Below the pieces are notes generated by a model, which saw only the letters and a list, made by a program, of their open reading frames with translations, made no database searches and had not been told where the DNA came from. A stretch of DNA of 64,000 bases from Acidobacteriota bacterium (lineage in GTDB: Bacteria; Acidobacteriota; UBA890; WLXD01), in the NCBI GenBank assembly GCA_965248695.1, contig CBDFKD010000002.1, positions 5,664,001-5,728,000 on the forward strand, read 5' to 3'. Shown here piece by piece: positions 30,423-39,445 of this stretch. The first letter of the stretch is position 1. The number at the start of each line of letters is the position of its first letter. Both the position numbers and the translations under genes were made by a program.

Positions 30423-31391
30423 TCAGAAGTTTGCGACTCGCTCGATCGCATCGACGACGCGTCGACAGCACGGCAAGTAGTCGTCCTCGTGTACGTGCGG
30501 AACCGGCAAGTCATAGCCGGCGACTCGCTCGATGGGGGCCTCAAGGTGCAGGAACGCGCGCTCCGAGAGCGTAGCGGAGAGCTCGGCACCGTAACCGCAG
30601 AACGTCGGCGATTCGGCGGCGATGACCGCCCGTCCGGTCTTGGCTATGGAGCGCAGTACGGCAGCAATATCGAGCGGCAACAGCGTACGTAGATCGACAA
30701 CGTCAACCTGAATGCCCGACTCGGCAGCAACCTCTGCTGCCTCCATCGCCAACGGCACGGTGGAGCCGTACGCAAACACCGAAACGTCGGTGCCCCGTCG
30801 CCGGGTGCATGCCTCGCCGAGGGGAACAATGTGCTCGTCGTCAACAGCGCAGGTTTCCCGGTAGAGGCCCTTGGGCTCCAGAAAGACGACCGGATCGGCC
30901 CCGCGCAGCGCGGCGCGCAACATGCCTGCTGCATCAACGGCATCGGACGGTGCAGCCACGACGATCCCGGGGGTGTGGCAAAAATAACCTTCAGGGCTCT
31001 GCGACTGGTACATGCCACCACCGACGCCGCCACCGTACGGCAGGCGCAGGACGAGCGGGCAGGAGTACTGACCGCCGGAGCGATAGCGGATCCGGGCGAT
31101 CTCCGACACGACGTGCTCGAAACCGGGCCAGACGAAGTCCGCGAACTGAATTTCGATTACCGGACGCAGGCCGTATAGGGCCATGCCGACGGCGGTGCCG
31201 ATCACGCCCCCCTCGCCCGTCGGCGTGTCGACCACGCGCCGATCGCCGAAGTCGTCTCGCAGCCCCTCGGTGGCACCGAAGAGGCCGCCCAACGCACCGA
31301 CGTCCTCGCCCAGGAGCACGATCGCCTCGTCGCGGCGCATCTCGGCGCCCAGCGTCCGGTTGATCGCTTGCGCCATGCTCAGATCGGACAT
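30423..31391 (-). CDS. 2-oxoacid dehydrogenase E1 beta subunit (catalytic His replaced)
   Basis: GEDVG..GG.FGATEGL, DTP..E, EIQFADF, DPVVFLEPK, DLRTLLPLD; GGMYQSQSPE where HSQSPE is expected. Confidence 0.9.
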   Translation of the reverse strand: MSDLSMAQAINRTLGAEMRRDEAIVLLGEDVGALGGLFGATEGLRDDFGDRRVVDTPTGEGGVIGTAVGMALYGLRPVIEIQFADFVWPGFEHVVSEIARIRYRSGGQYSCPLVLRLPYGGGVGGGMYQSQSPEGYFCHTPGIVVAAPSDAVDAAGMLRAALRGADPVVFLEPKGLYRETCAVDDEHIVPLGEACTRRRGTDVSVFAYGSTVPLAMEAAEVAAESGIQVDVVDLRTLLPLDIAAVLRSIAKTGRAVIAAESPTFCGYGAELSATLSERAFLHLEAPIERVAGYDLPVPHVHEDDYLPCCRRVVDAIERVANF

Positions 31392-31410
31392 CTTGGTCAA
31401 CCCTGTCCCG

Positions 31411-32388
31411 CTAGGGCTCGTCGCGCAGGCGACGCAGCTTGCGCGACTGCTCCTGCAACATCCAAGGCCGCTCGGCCCAGACATCGTCGAACATCGCGTC
31501 CGCCGGGGGCGGCCCGGCATTCTCCGCCGCCGCGACGGCAGCGGCGACGCGCTCATCGCAGTTCCGACCGAACTCCTCCTCGCGGCCAGCGTCCCAGACG
31601 CCGCGGTACTCGAGGTAGGGGCGGAGTCTGCCCGCCGGCTCTTCCGCCGTCGTCCCATCTGGTACGACCGCTTCGATCAACGTTGGCCCCTCGCCGCCAA
31701 CCGCGGCGCGCCGCGCGGTGCGTGCAGCGGTATACACCGCCAGCATATCGGTGCCGTCAACGCTGACCGCCATGATGCCGTAGGCCACCGCAATGGGCGC
31801 CAGCGACGCGCTTGCGCAACGACACACGAAGACCGCCGGGGCCGTATGTCGGGCGGCCGTCGAGAGGGCGACCTGGAAGGCAGCCTGATCGGTGGCTGCA
31901 ACCCCGAACAGGGCGAGAACCGCGTGCGGATCGTGCTGCAGCTTCATCGCCATCGCCGTGCCCGCAGCGTGCTGAATCTGTGTTGCCAGCGGCCCAGAAA
32001 CGGAAACGAAACGACCCGACGGTAGCGTCGCGTGGCCCGGCAATTGTCGGCCACGCCCGAGATCCTCGCGCGACGACAGTATCTGGGCGAAGAGCTGTTC
32101 GATACTTCCACCGCGCACCAGAAACGCTGCCACGTCGCGATAGGACGGATAGAGCCAGTCGCCGTCCTGGAAGGCCCGCGCTGCGCCGGCCGACACGGCG
32201 GCACTGTTTCCAGACGGCGCCCAGAACCCGATACGTCCGGCTTGCTGCAGGCGCGCGCACCGCTCATCGACGATGCGCGCCAGAACGAGCGACTCGTACA
32301 GGGCCGTCAAGTCAGCATCGGACAGATCCTCGACATTGCGCTCGATCGCCTCGACGTCGTCTGCCAGAACAGTCAGCAGCTCGCCCAT
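31411..32388 (-). CDS. 2-oxoacid dehydrogenase E1 alpha-like subunit with a degenerate ThDP motif
   Basis: QQAGRIGFW, DWLYPSYRD, GRQLPGH, PLATQIQHAAG, VDGTD, GEGPTLIEAV; the GDG..NN motif is absent. Confidence 0.85.
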   Translation of the reverse strand: MGELLTVLADDVEAIERNVEDLSDADLTALYESLVLARIVDERCARLQQAGRIGFWAPSGNSAAVSAGAARAFQDGDWLYPSYRDVAAFLVRGGSIEQLFAQILSSREDLGRGRQLPGHATLPSGRFVSVSGPLATQIQHAAGTAMAMKLQHDPHAVLALFGVAATDQAAFQVALSTAARHTAPAVFVCRCASASLAPIAVAYGIMAVSVDGTDMLAVYTAARTARRAAVGGEGPTLIEAVVPDGTTAEEPAGRLRPYLEYRGVWDAGREEEFGRNCDERVAAAVAAAENAGPPPADAMFDDVWAERPWMLQEQSRKLRRLRDEP

Positions 32389-33383
32389 GCCCCCTCCTTG
32401 GAGGAAGCGCGCATCGCAGCTGGGGAGCTGGCGACGGCCGGCACTGCGGCACGACGCGCGGCGACGAGATTGGCCACGAAAAACTCGCCCGCGCGATAGG
32501 AGCTGCGCACCAGAGGACCCGACGCCACGTAGGCGAAGCCGAGCTGCTCGCCGACCTTTTGAAGCTCACCGAAGCGCTCGGGTGTCACCCACTCGATAAC
32601 ATCGAGGTGTCTGGCGGTGGGCTGCAAGTATTGGCCGAGGGTCAGAAAGTCGACACCGACCGAACGCAGATCTCGCATGCAGCGAACTAGTTGCTCATCG
32701 CTCTCGCCGAGCCCGAGCATCAATGAAGACTTGGTGAAGGGCTGCCGACGATGGCGCTTGGCGGCCTCCAGCACGGCGAGCGACTTGTCGTAGCCGCAGC
32801 GCACATCACGTACCGTGCGCTGCAGTGCCTCGACCGTCTCGAGATTGTGCGCGAACACCTCCAGCCCGGTGTCACACAAGGTGTCGACAGCAACGGTCTT
32901 GCCGTCGAAATCACCCACCAGGGCCTCGACGATCAGATCCGGCTGGCGCTGCTTCAGGTACTCGACACAGGTAGCAACATGCGCCGCGCCACCATCATCG
33001 AGGTCGTCCCGATCGACCATCGTCAAGACAACGTAGCGTAGCCCCAGCAGCGCGACGGACTCGGCAAGCTTGCGCGGTTCCTCGCTATCCAGCCAACCGC
33101 GCGGGTTGCCGGTGGTCACGGCGCAGAATCGGCAGCCGCGCGTGCAAACCTCCCCCAAGAGCATGAACGTGGCGGTGCCGCCCTCCCAGCATTCCCCGAC
33201 GTTGGGGCAGCGCGCCTCTTCGCAAACGGTGAACAGCCCGCGATCGCGCAGCGTTTTCTTGATGAAGGTGTAGCGCTCGCCGCCCGGCGCGCGAACTCGG
33301 AGCCAATCCGGCTTGGTGCGGCGCGTCAGAGATCCCGGAGCGCAACCCTCAGGTCGGCTTTGAAGCCCGGGAAGGTCCGCCAT
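32373..33383 (-). CDS. lipA: Lipoyl synthase
   Basis: KPDWLR; CEEARCPNVGEC; CTRGCRFC; HNLETV; GQYLQP; RSSY; start set at ATG 33383. Confidence 0.96.
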   Translation of the reverse strand: MADLPGLQSRPEGCAPGSLTRRTKPDWLRVRAPGGERYTFIKKTLRDRGLFTVCEEARCPNVGECWEGGTATFMLLGEVCTRGCRFCAVTTGNPRGWLDSEEPRKLAESVALLGLRYVVLTMVDRDDLDDGGAAHVATCVEYLKQRQPDLIVEALVGDFDGKTVAVDTLCDTGLEVFAHNLETVEALQRTVRDVRCGYDKSLAVLEAAKRHRRQPFTKSSLMLGLGESDEQLVRCMRDLRSVGVDFLTLGQYLQPTARHLDVIEWVTPERFGELQKVGEQLGFAYVASGPLVRSSYRAGEFFVANLVAARRAAVPAVASSPAAMRASSKEGAWASC

Positions 33384-33402
33384 GAGGGCGATTATCCCAC
33401 AT

Positions 33403-33600
33403 CTAGCGATTCGCCCCGCCACTCCGGGCTCTCTCGGAAGGTGATACCGATTCTGTACCATCGCCCTGGGCATCGGTGTGCAGAGCTGCGCTCCATTGCG
33501 CCGTTGCGTCGCGGATCATCCGGTCGTCCTCGTGCACGTAGCGCATGGTCGTCTTGATGTCCGCATGGCCCATCGCGCGCTGGGTTCCGACCAGGTCACG
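33403..33600 (-). pseudogene. C-terminal remnant of a tyrosine integrase
   Basis: Translates RDLVGTQRAMGHADIKTTMRYVHEDD...GGANR*, the box II GH..(I)..T..Y motif; not in the ORF track. Confidence 0.8.
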
Positions 33601-33673
33601 ACCACGAATACGTCGTGATCATGGAGGCGGTGGCCTATAGGGTCGTCCCCGGCAAGTGGGGCACCACGCTCGA

Positions 33674-33697
33674 CTAGGCCCCTACGAGATCACCGAG
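33674..33697 (+). pseudogene. N-terminal remnant of a Ser/Thr kinase gene
   Basis: 22/24 nt identical to 39464-39487 (LGPYEITE). Confidence 0.55.
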
Positions 33698-34096
33698 GGT
33701 CCACGAGCACTTGCCCGAATGCAGACTACGGCACAAGGTGCCCTGGGGATCACTACTTCAGTGCGAGATGCGCGCGATGGCGAGCAAAGGGAAGCGCGAC
33801 GAACGTGTCTGTTTCTGGTGCGGTGCCGGCGGCGCTGGAACGATGGACCACGTCGTCCCGAAACGGTGGTTCAGGCCCCCACGGCCTGCGGATCTGCCAA
33901 CCGTACCAAGTTGTACCGCATGCAACCGTAGCTACCAGCCCGACGAGGATCTCACACGTGTGTATCTCGTCCAGCACCGACGGGCGAACGACGAGGCGGA
34001 GTGGATCTTCGAGCACAAAGTGATTCGGGGTGACCTGACCCCCGAAAACGGATCCGGATGTAATCTCACGATCTGGGTCAAGAACGGGAGGTCAGA

Positions 34097-34375
34097 ATGC
34101 CGAGTAAGAGGCACAGCGCCGAGCAGATCGTACGCAAGCTCCGGGAGGCTGAGGTGGAGCTGGCTCGAGGGGCGACGGTCAAGGATGCCTGCCGCAAGCT
34201 AGCAATCACCGAGCACACCTACTACCGGTGGCGGCGAGAGTACGGCGGACTGAAGCTCAACCAGGCCAGAAAGCTCAAGCAACTGGAGAAGGAGAATGCC
34301 CGGCTCAAGAGGCTGGTGGCGGAAAAGGAACTCGACCTGTCGATCCTGAAGGAAGTGGCGGAGGGAAACTTCTGA
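34097..34375 (+). CDS. IS3 transposase OrfA (HTH plus leucine zipper)
   Basis: RHSAEQIVRKLRE..TYYRWRREYGG..LEKENARLKRLVA. Confidence 0.92.
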   Translation: MPSKRHSAEQIVRKLREAEVELARGATVKDACRKLAITEHTYYRWRREYGGLKLNQARKLKQLEKENARLKRLVAEKELDLSILKEVAEGNF

Positions 34376-35256
34376 GCCCAGCTCGGCGGCGAGAGGCGGT
34401 GGCACATGTACGGGGGCGGCTGGGCGTCTCGGAGAGGCGGGCGTGTCGGGTACTGAAACAACCACGCACGACACACCGGTACGTGCCAAGAGAGCCGCAA
34501 CAGGAGCAGATTTTGACGGAGCGGATCGTGGATTTAGCCCGACAGTACGGGCGCTACGGATATCGGAGGGTGACAGCGTTGCTGCGCATGGAGGGCTGGT
34601 CCGTGAACCACAAACGAGTGCAGCGTATCTGGCGGCGCGAAGGGCTGAAAGTACCGAGAAAACAGCCCAAACGAGCACGGCTGTGGCTGAGCGATGGCTC
34701 CTGCATCCGGCTGCGCCCACAGCACCGGGATCATGTCTGGGCGTATGACTTCCTGCACCACCGGACGCACGACGGTCGGGCTATGAGGCTGCTGACGATC
34801 GTCGATGAGTACACACGAGAAAGCCTGGCGATCCATGTAGCACGGAAGCTCAACTCTGAGGACGTGCTGGAGCAGCTCGGGAGGTTGTTCGTACACCGGG
34901 GCATACCTGAGCACATCCGGTCGGATAACGGACCAGAGTTCACCGCCGAGGCGGTTCGCGACTGGCTGGGCCGGTTGGGCGTGGGGACGCTGTTCATCGA
35001 GCCGGGCTCGCCGTGGGAGAACGGTTACGTGGAGAGCTTCAACGGCAAGCTACGCGACGAGCTGCTGGATGGAGAGATCTTCTACACGCTCAAGGAGGCA
35101 AAGGTTCTGATCGAGAGATGGCGTCAGCACTACAACCGCATGCGACCGCACAGCTCGCTGAGCTATCGGCCGCCCGCACCCGAAGCGACGTTGTTGAAGC
35201 CGGCTGCGCTCCGCTTCGCCGGCCTCAACAACCTCTTGTCAGCACCGAGTTACTGA
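34363..35256 (+). CDS. IS3 transposase OrfB (rve DDE), probably fused to OrfA by -1 frameshift
   Basis: YGYRRV, WAYDF, IVDEYTRE, RSDNGPEF, PGSPWENGYVESFNG, YNRMRPHSSL. Confidence 0.92.
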   Translation, partial: GKLLSPARRREAVAHVRGRLGVSERRACRVLKQPRTTHRYVPREPQQEQILTERIVDLARQYGRYGYRRVTALLRMEGWSVNHKRVQRIWRREGLKVPRKQPKRARLWLSDGSCIRLRPQHRDHVWAYDFLHHRTHDGRAMRLLTIVDEYTRESLAIHVARKLNSEDVLEQLGRLFVHRGIPEHIRSDNGPEFTAEAVRDWLGRLGVGTLFIEPGSPWENGYVESFNGKLRDELLDGEIFYTLKEAKVLIERWRQHYNRMRPHSSLSYRPPAPEATLLKPAALRFAGLNNLLSAPSY

Positions 35257-35453
35257 GATAAGACATGGTACTAACCGCGGGGTCAGGTCAGGGGGATGGA
35301 GCGGCATAAACAACGCGGGCTACGAGACAAGATCGCTCGATCATTCACCAGAGTCGACTTGCGTACCCCAAGCGGTCTGTACATGGACACTGCCACTGCC
35401 ATGCGTGTCGACGCGAGCGATGCTAACCGAGTGGAGCGTGTCATGGAGTGGAG

Positions 35454-36449
35454 TTACCCCGTTTCGGTGGACAGTTGAACGCTTGGATTTGAGGCCGTAG
35501 TCGTAGTGCTGTGGGAACTCGTGGGAGCCGCAGAGCGGCTTCCAAGTGGCGGTGCGGATCGCGGCGCGATCTGCATGGGTACGGCAGTTTCCACAGCCGG
35601 TGACGGGGTCTCGGAGTAGCTCCTCTCGTAGGCGATTGGGGATTGGTTTCCGAGCGCCGAGTGGCGCCGTCGTGGGTTGTAGAACCCCTCGATGAACTCG
35701 AACACGGCCATGCGGGCTTCGACCTGGCTCTTGAAGCTCTGCCGCCATAGCAGCTCCGTCTCTAGCGTCGCGAAGAAGCTCTCGGCCATGGCGTTGTCGT
35801 AGCAGTCGCGAGCTGATCCGGTCGAGGGACGTACACCGAGCTGCTTGCAGCGGTGGCCGAAGGCGATCGAGGTGTATTGCGTGCCCTGATCAGAGTGGTG
35901 GATCACGCTCTCAGGTCGGCGTTGCCAGATCGCCATGTTGAGCGCCTCAAGCACCAGTTCGGTACGCAGGTGGTTGGCCATCGACCAGCCCACCACCCGC
36001 CGGCTGAAGGCATCCATCACCACCGCCAGGTACAAGAACCCCGACCACGTAGAGACGTACGTGATGTCGGCAACCCACAGGCGATCGGGTGCACCGACCG
36101 CGAAGTCACGTTTCACCAGATCGGGCACCGGCTGCGCGTCAGTACCGCGGCGCGTCGTGCGCAGCCGACGGCGGCGGCTGACACCCTCCAGCCCCGCCTG
36201 GCTCATCAGCCGTGCCACGCGTTTGCGCCCCACCCGAACGCCGTCGGCGGCCAGTTCCGCGTGTACCCGAGGCACGCCATAGGTCGCACGGCTAAGTCGA
36301 TGGATCGTCTCGATCTGCTCACGCAGCTGTGCATCCTGTCGTGCTCGCATACTGCTAGGGCGTTGTCGCCACGCGTAGTAGCCGCTGGTGGAGACCTCCA
36401 GCACTCGGCACATCGTGGCGATCGGATAGCAGGCCTGGTGAGCTCTCAC
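35454..36449 (-). CDS. IS3 transposase OrfB
   Basis: WVADITY, DAFSRRVVGW, HHSDQGTQY, DNAMAESFF, FYNPRRRHSAL. Confidence 0.93.
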   Translation of the reverse strand: MRAHQACYPIATMCRVLEVSTSGYYAWRQRPSSMRARQDAQLREQIETIHRLSRATYGVPRVHAELAADGVRVGRKRVARLMSQAGLEGVSRRRRLRTTRRGTDAQPVPDLVKRDFAVGAPDRLWVADITYVSTWSGFLYLAVVMDAFSRRVVGWSMANHLRTELVLEALNMAIWQRRPESVIHHSDQGTQYTSIAFGHRCKQLGVRPSTGSARDCYDNAMAESFFATLETELLWRQSFKSQVEARMAVFEFIEGFYNPRRRHSALGNQSPIAYERSYSETPSPAVETAVPMQIAPRSAPPLGSRSAAPTSSHSTTTTASNPSVQLSTETG

Positions 36450-36760
36450 GAACCCGAAGACTTCTTGGGTACTGCGCCGGTCTCCCGAGCGAACCAGGCC
36501 GCGGCTTTTGCCAGGATCTCCCGCTCCGTCTTCAACTGGCGGTTTTCCCGGCGTAGCCGCCGTAGTTCTTCCTTGTCCTGGCTACTCAGGCCAGCCGCGC
36601 TAAGCCCGTCATCTCGATCCGCCTGCTTGATCCATGTACGGATCGTCCAGTACGAGGGCTCGAACTCCTCGGCGAGCTCCTGCACGCTGCGTCCTGCCCG
36701 CGCTAGCTCGACGATCTGCCGACGAAACTCCGGCGGATAAGGCGGTCGTGTTCTTCGCAT
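36446..36760 (-). CDS. IS3 transposase OrfA
   Basis: YPPEFRRQIVEL..LRRENRQLKTEREILAKAAAWF. Confidence 0.92.
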   Translation of the reverse strand: MRRTRPPYPPEFRRQIVELARAGRSVQELAEEFEPSYWTIRTWIKQADRDDGLSAAGLSSQDKEELRRLRRENRQLKTEREILAKAAAWFARETGAVPKKSSGS

Positions 36761-36996
36761 CGCAGACTCCTTTGGCGTTAGCCATAAGGTGTCCACGGAA
36801 GCGGGTCAACTCCAGAGAAGGTCGTGCGGGGACTCTACTCGTACCACTACCGTGAGCGCCTAGCATCGGACCTACCCGTGCACATTCTGGACATAACAGA
36901 GCGTCAAAGCGGTCACGAGAAGGTGTGGCAACAGATGAATTCTGGCGGGTTTGGCGACGTGATTCTGACCTGACCCCGTCTTGGGGGTTTGGGTCA

Positions 36997-38985
36997 CTAG
37001 TCCGGCAGCGCCACGGCGGCGAGCGAACCGGAGTGCGCCGGCCCGCCTATCGGCAGTACGATGTACTGTTTGCCCTCGTGCATATAGGTCATCGGCACCT
37101 GGTTGCTCGGTGCCGGGATATCCACCGTACCGAGCCGCTTGCCGGTGCGCTTGTCGACCGCGTGCAGCAGTGGAGCGCCACGGCGGCCCTCGGCGTAGAT
37201 CAGCAGCGTCTTGGTCACCACCTTGGTGGCATGTGAGCGCTTGCCGGTGTTGGAGATGTCGAGGCCCTGCAGCGCCGGATGGTGGGTGATCTCGTCGGGG
37301 GTATCGCCGTTGGGGATCCACCACAGATGCTCACCGGTGTTCAGATCGATCGCGGTGATCCGACCGTACGGCGGCTTGAGGTAACGCAATCCTTGCACTC
37401 GACCGGGCCCGACGTACGGTCCGTTCGCCCACGCCATGACCGTCCTGCCGATCGGGTTGGGATCGTTGGCATCTGCCTCGATGCCGGGGATTAGAAATTG
37501 CGCAGAGCAGCTCTTCCACGAGGCGACGTAAAGGATCTGGGTCTCTGGGTCGACCGCTGCGCCGCCCATGATATTGGTGCCGCCGTCCTCACCGGGGCAG
37601 GTCAACGATGCCTTGAGGCCGAGGTCGTTGTCGCGGTGTAGCGGCGGGTTGAACAGCGGACCCATCTCGAACTCGCTGAGCATCTCGACAGCTGCCTGCC
37701 GCAGCTCCGGGGTGAAATCGATCAGGTCGTCCTCGGTAATGCCCTGCATCTCGTACGCCGCCGGCCTTGTCGGGAACGGCTGCGTCGGCGACGTCTTCTC
37801 ACCGGGGATCTTCGACGCCGGCACCGGTCGCTCTTCGATCGGCCACACCGGCACGCCGGTCTCGCGGTTGAGCACGTAGGCGAAGCCCTGCTTGGTCGTT
37901 TGTACCAGCGCCGGGATGTTCTTGCCGTCGACGGTGATGTCGATGAGGTTCGGCGCGGTGGGGATGTCGTAGTTCCAGATGTCGTGGTGCACGGTCTGGA
38001 AGTGCCAGCGACGCTCACCCGTCTTGATGTCGAGGGCGATGATGGAGGTGGCGAAAAGGTTGTCGCCGGGATGGAAGCCTCCCCAGTAGTCGTTGGTCGG
38101 CGGGTCGGTAACGACGTACACCAGGCCGAGCTCCGGGTCGGCGGCCATCGGTGCCCACGCCGAGACGTTGCCGGTGTACGACCAGGCATCGCTTTCCCAG
38201 GTCTCGTGGCCGAACTCGCCGGGCTGCGGAATGACGTTGAACTTCCACAGGTGCTCCCCAGAACGCGCGTCATACGCCAGCATGTGGCCGGGCACGTTCT
38301 CGCGGCGGGTCTGCAGGTACCCCTGCTCGTGCGAGTTACCCACCACCACCACGTCGTTGACCACCATCGGCGGCGACGAGTTGGTGATGTAGCCGGTCTC
38401 CTTGGGCAGGCCCTCGTAGGCGTCGTACTCATAACCGAAGTCGGCCAGCAGGTCGACCGTGCCCTCGTTGCCGAACTGCTCGATCGGCTGTCCGGTGACC
38501 GCGTCGAGCGCGTGCAAGAAGAAGCCGGGCGAGATCATGTAGATCACGCCGCGGCGATCGATGTTGGCGTACCCGACGCCTTTGCCGTAGTTCTTGCGCA
38601 TGGAGTCTTCCCAGCGCGGCGTGTGGGGCTCGCGGTAAGTCCACAACGTCTCGCCGGTGGCCGGGTCGATGGCGACGACCGTGCGCCGTTGGCCGGCGAC
38701 AGTGTAGAGCACGCCGTTCGCGTAGATCGGGGTGGAGCGCATGATGTTGTCCACCGAGGGGCCGTAGTTGTCGCCGCGCCAAACCCAGGCGACCTCGAGA
38801 TCCTCGAAATTGTCGGCGTTGATCTGATCGAGCGGCGAGTAGCGCGTGCTGGCCGCATCACCGCCCCAGTGACGCCATTCACCGTTCTCGGTACCGGTGC
38901 TCGACCCGCCTTGCTGACCGACCGCCGGCATCGACATCAGGCACAGGGTTGCCACCATCGCGGCGCAGCAATTCAGTCTCGTCAT
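36997..38985 (-). CDS. PQQ-dependent glucose/quinate dehydrogenase-like protein (secreted)
   Basis: Signal peptide; EWRHWGGD..RYSPLDQIN; AIDPATGETLW beta-propeller repeats; HHDIWNYD; PPYGRITAIDLNTGEHLW; PMTYMHEGKQYIV. Confidence 0.88.
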   Translation of the reverse strand: MTRLNCCAAMVATLCLMSMPAVGQQGGSSTGTENGEWRHWGGDAASTRYSPLDQINADNFEDLEVAWVWRGDNYGPSVDNIMRSTPIYANGVLYTVAGQRRTVVAIDPATGETLWTYREPHTPRWEDSMRKNYGKGVGYANIDRRGVIYMISPGFFLHALDAVTGQPIEQFGNEGTVDLLADFGYEYDAYEGLPKETGYITNSSPPMVVNDVVVVGNSHEQGYLQTRRENVPGHMLAYDARSGEHLWKFNVIPQPGEFGHETWESDAWSYTGNVSAWAPMAADPELGLVYVVTDPPTNDYWGGFHPGDNLFATSIIALDIKTGERRWHFQTVHHDIWNYDIPTAPNLIDITVDGKNIPALVQTTKQGFAYVLNRETGVPVWPIEERPVPASKIPGEKTSPTQPFPTRPAAYEMQGITEDDLIDFTPELRQAAVEMLSEFEMGPLFNPPLHRDNDLGLKASLTCPGEDGGTNIMGGAAVDPETQILYVASWKSCSAQFLIPGIEADANDPNPIGRTVMAWANGPYVGPGRVQGLRYLKPPYGRITAIDLNTGEHLWWIPNGDTPDEITHHPALQGLDISNTGKRSHATKVVTKTLLIYAEGRRGAPLLHAVDKRTGKRLGTVDIPAPSNQVPMTYMHEGKQYIVLPIGGPAHSGSLAAVALPD

Positions 38986-39445
38986 GGCATCCCTCGTCCT
39001 GAAACGGACACTGGTTCGTACCCAGTCGTCCAGGAACATCAACGCAGTTGGTACTCCCGACGGACGACAACTGTCAACCCAGGCTGATAAGGGCGGTCGG
39101 CGTCGCTAGCCCACTTTCGATACCCATGGCCACCACTCGGTGTCGAGTTCAAGACAGGGCTCGTTGGAGCCACTACCTCCTACTGCCGTGTGACCTCCGA
39201 AAACATGCCGCTATAGGTCGGATAGCGAGTCGCTTTCGCCTCGTGAGGCGCACGGACGACCACCGGAGTGCTCAGGCGTGGATCAAAGAATGGCGTCGCT
39301 TCAGGAGCCGCAGAGCCTTTCTTCGTGAAAACTCGGTGGCGGGCAAGGATCAGTCAGCGAAGGCGGCATTCCGGCTGCTCCCGTGGACCCGTGCAACCCC
39401 CGGCGATAGGCTTCAGGCGCTCACCCACCCTGCCTCGGGAGCGCC

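Larger units (their letters stand above)
34031..35290 (+). mobile_element. IS3-family element (IS407-group-like), 1260 bp
   Basis: Ends TGACCTGACCCC and GGGGTCAGGTCA; 4-bp GGGG duplication; orfA/orfB with a G-GGA-AAC slippery site at 34363-34369. Confidence 0.93.
35449..36814 (-). mobile_element. IS3-family element, 1366 bp
   Basis: Imperfect 25-bp TIRs TGGAGTTACCCCGTTTCGGTGGACA and TGTCCACGGAAGCGGGTCAACTCCA; 3-bp GAG duplication at 35446-35448 and 36815-36817. Confidence 0.93.
33777..36973 (+). pseudogene. HNH-type endonuclease interrupted by two IS3-family elements
   Basis: CFWCG..TMDHVVP..LPTVPSCTACN; removing each IS plus one target-duplication copy joins 33777-34030, 35295-35448 and 36818-36973 into one open frame. 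Confidence 0.82.

Noticed and set aside
33375-33403. dif/Xer site resemblance (TTATCCCACAT vs TTATGTTAAAT) or a DnaA box
   Set aside because: Only 7/11 match with no convincing XerC arm; better explained as the island att core.
39048-39445. ORFs between the PQQ dehydrogenase and the kinase
   Set aside because: No recognisable motifs or RBS; probably promoter region or degraded sequence.
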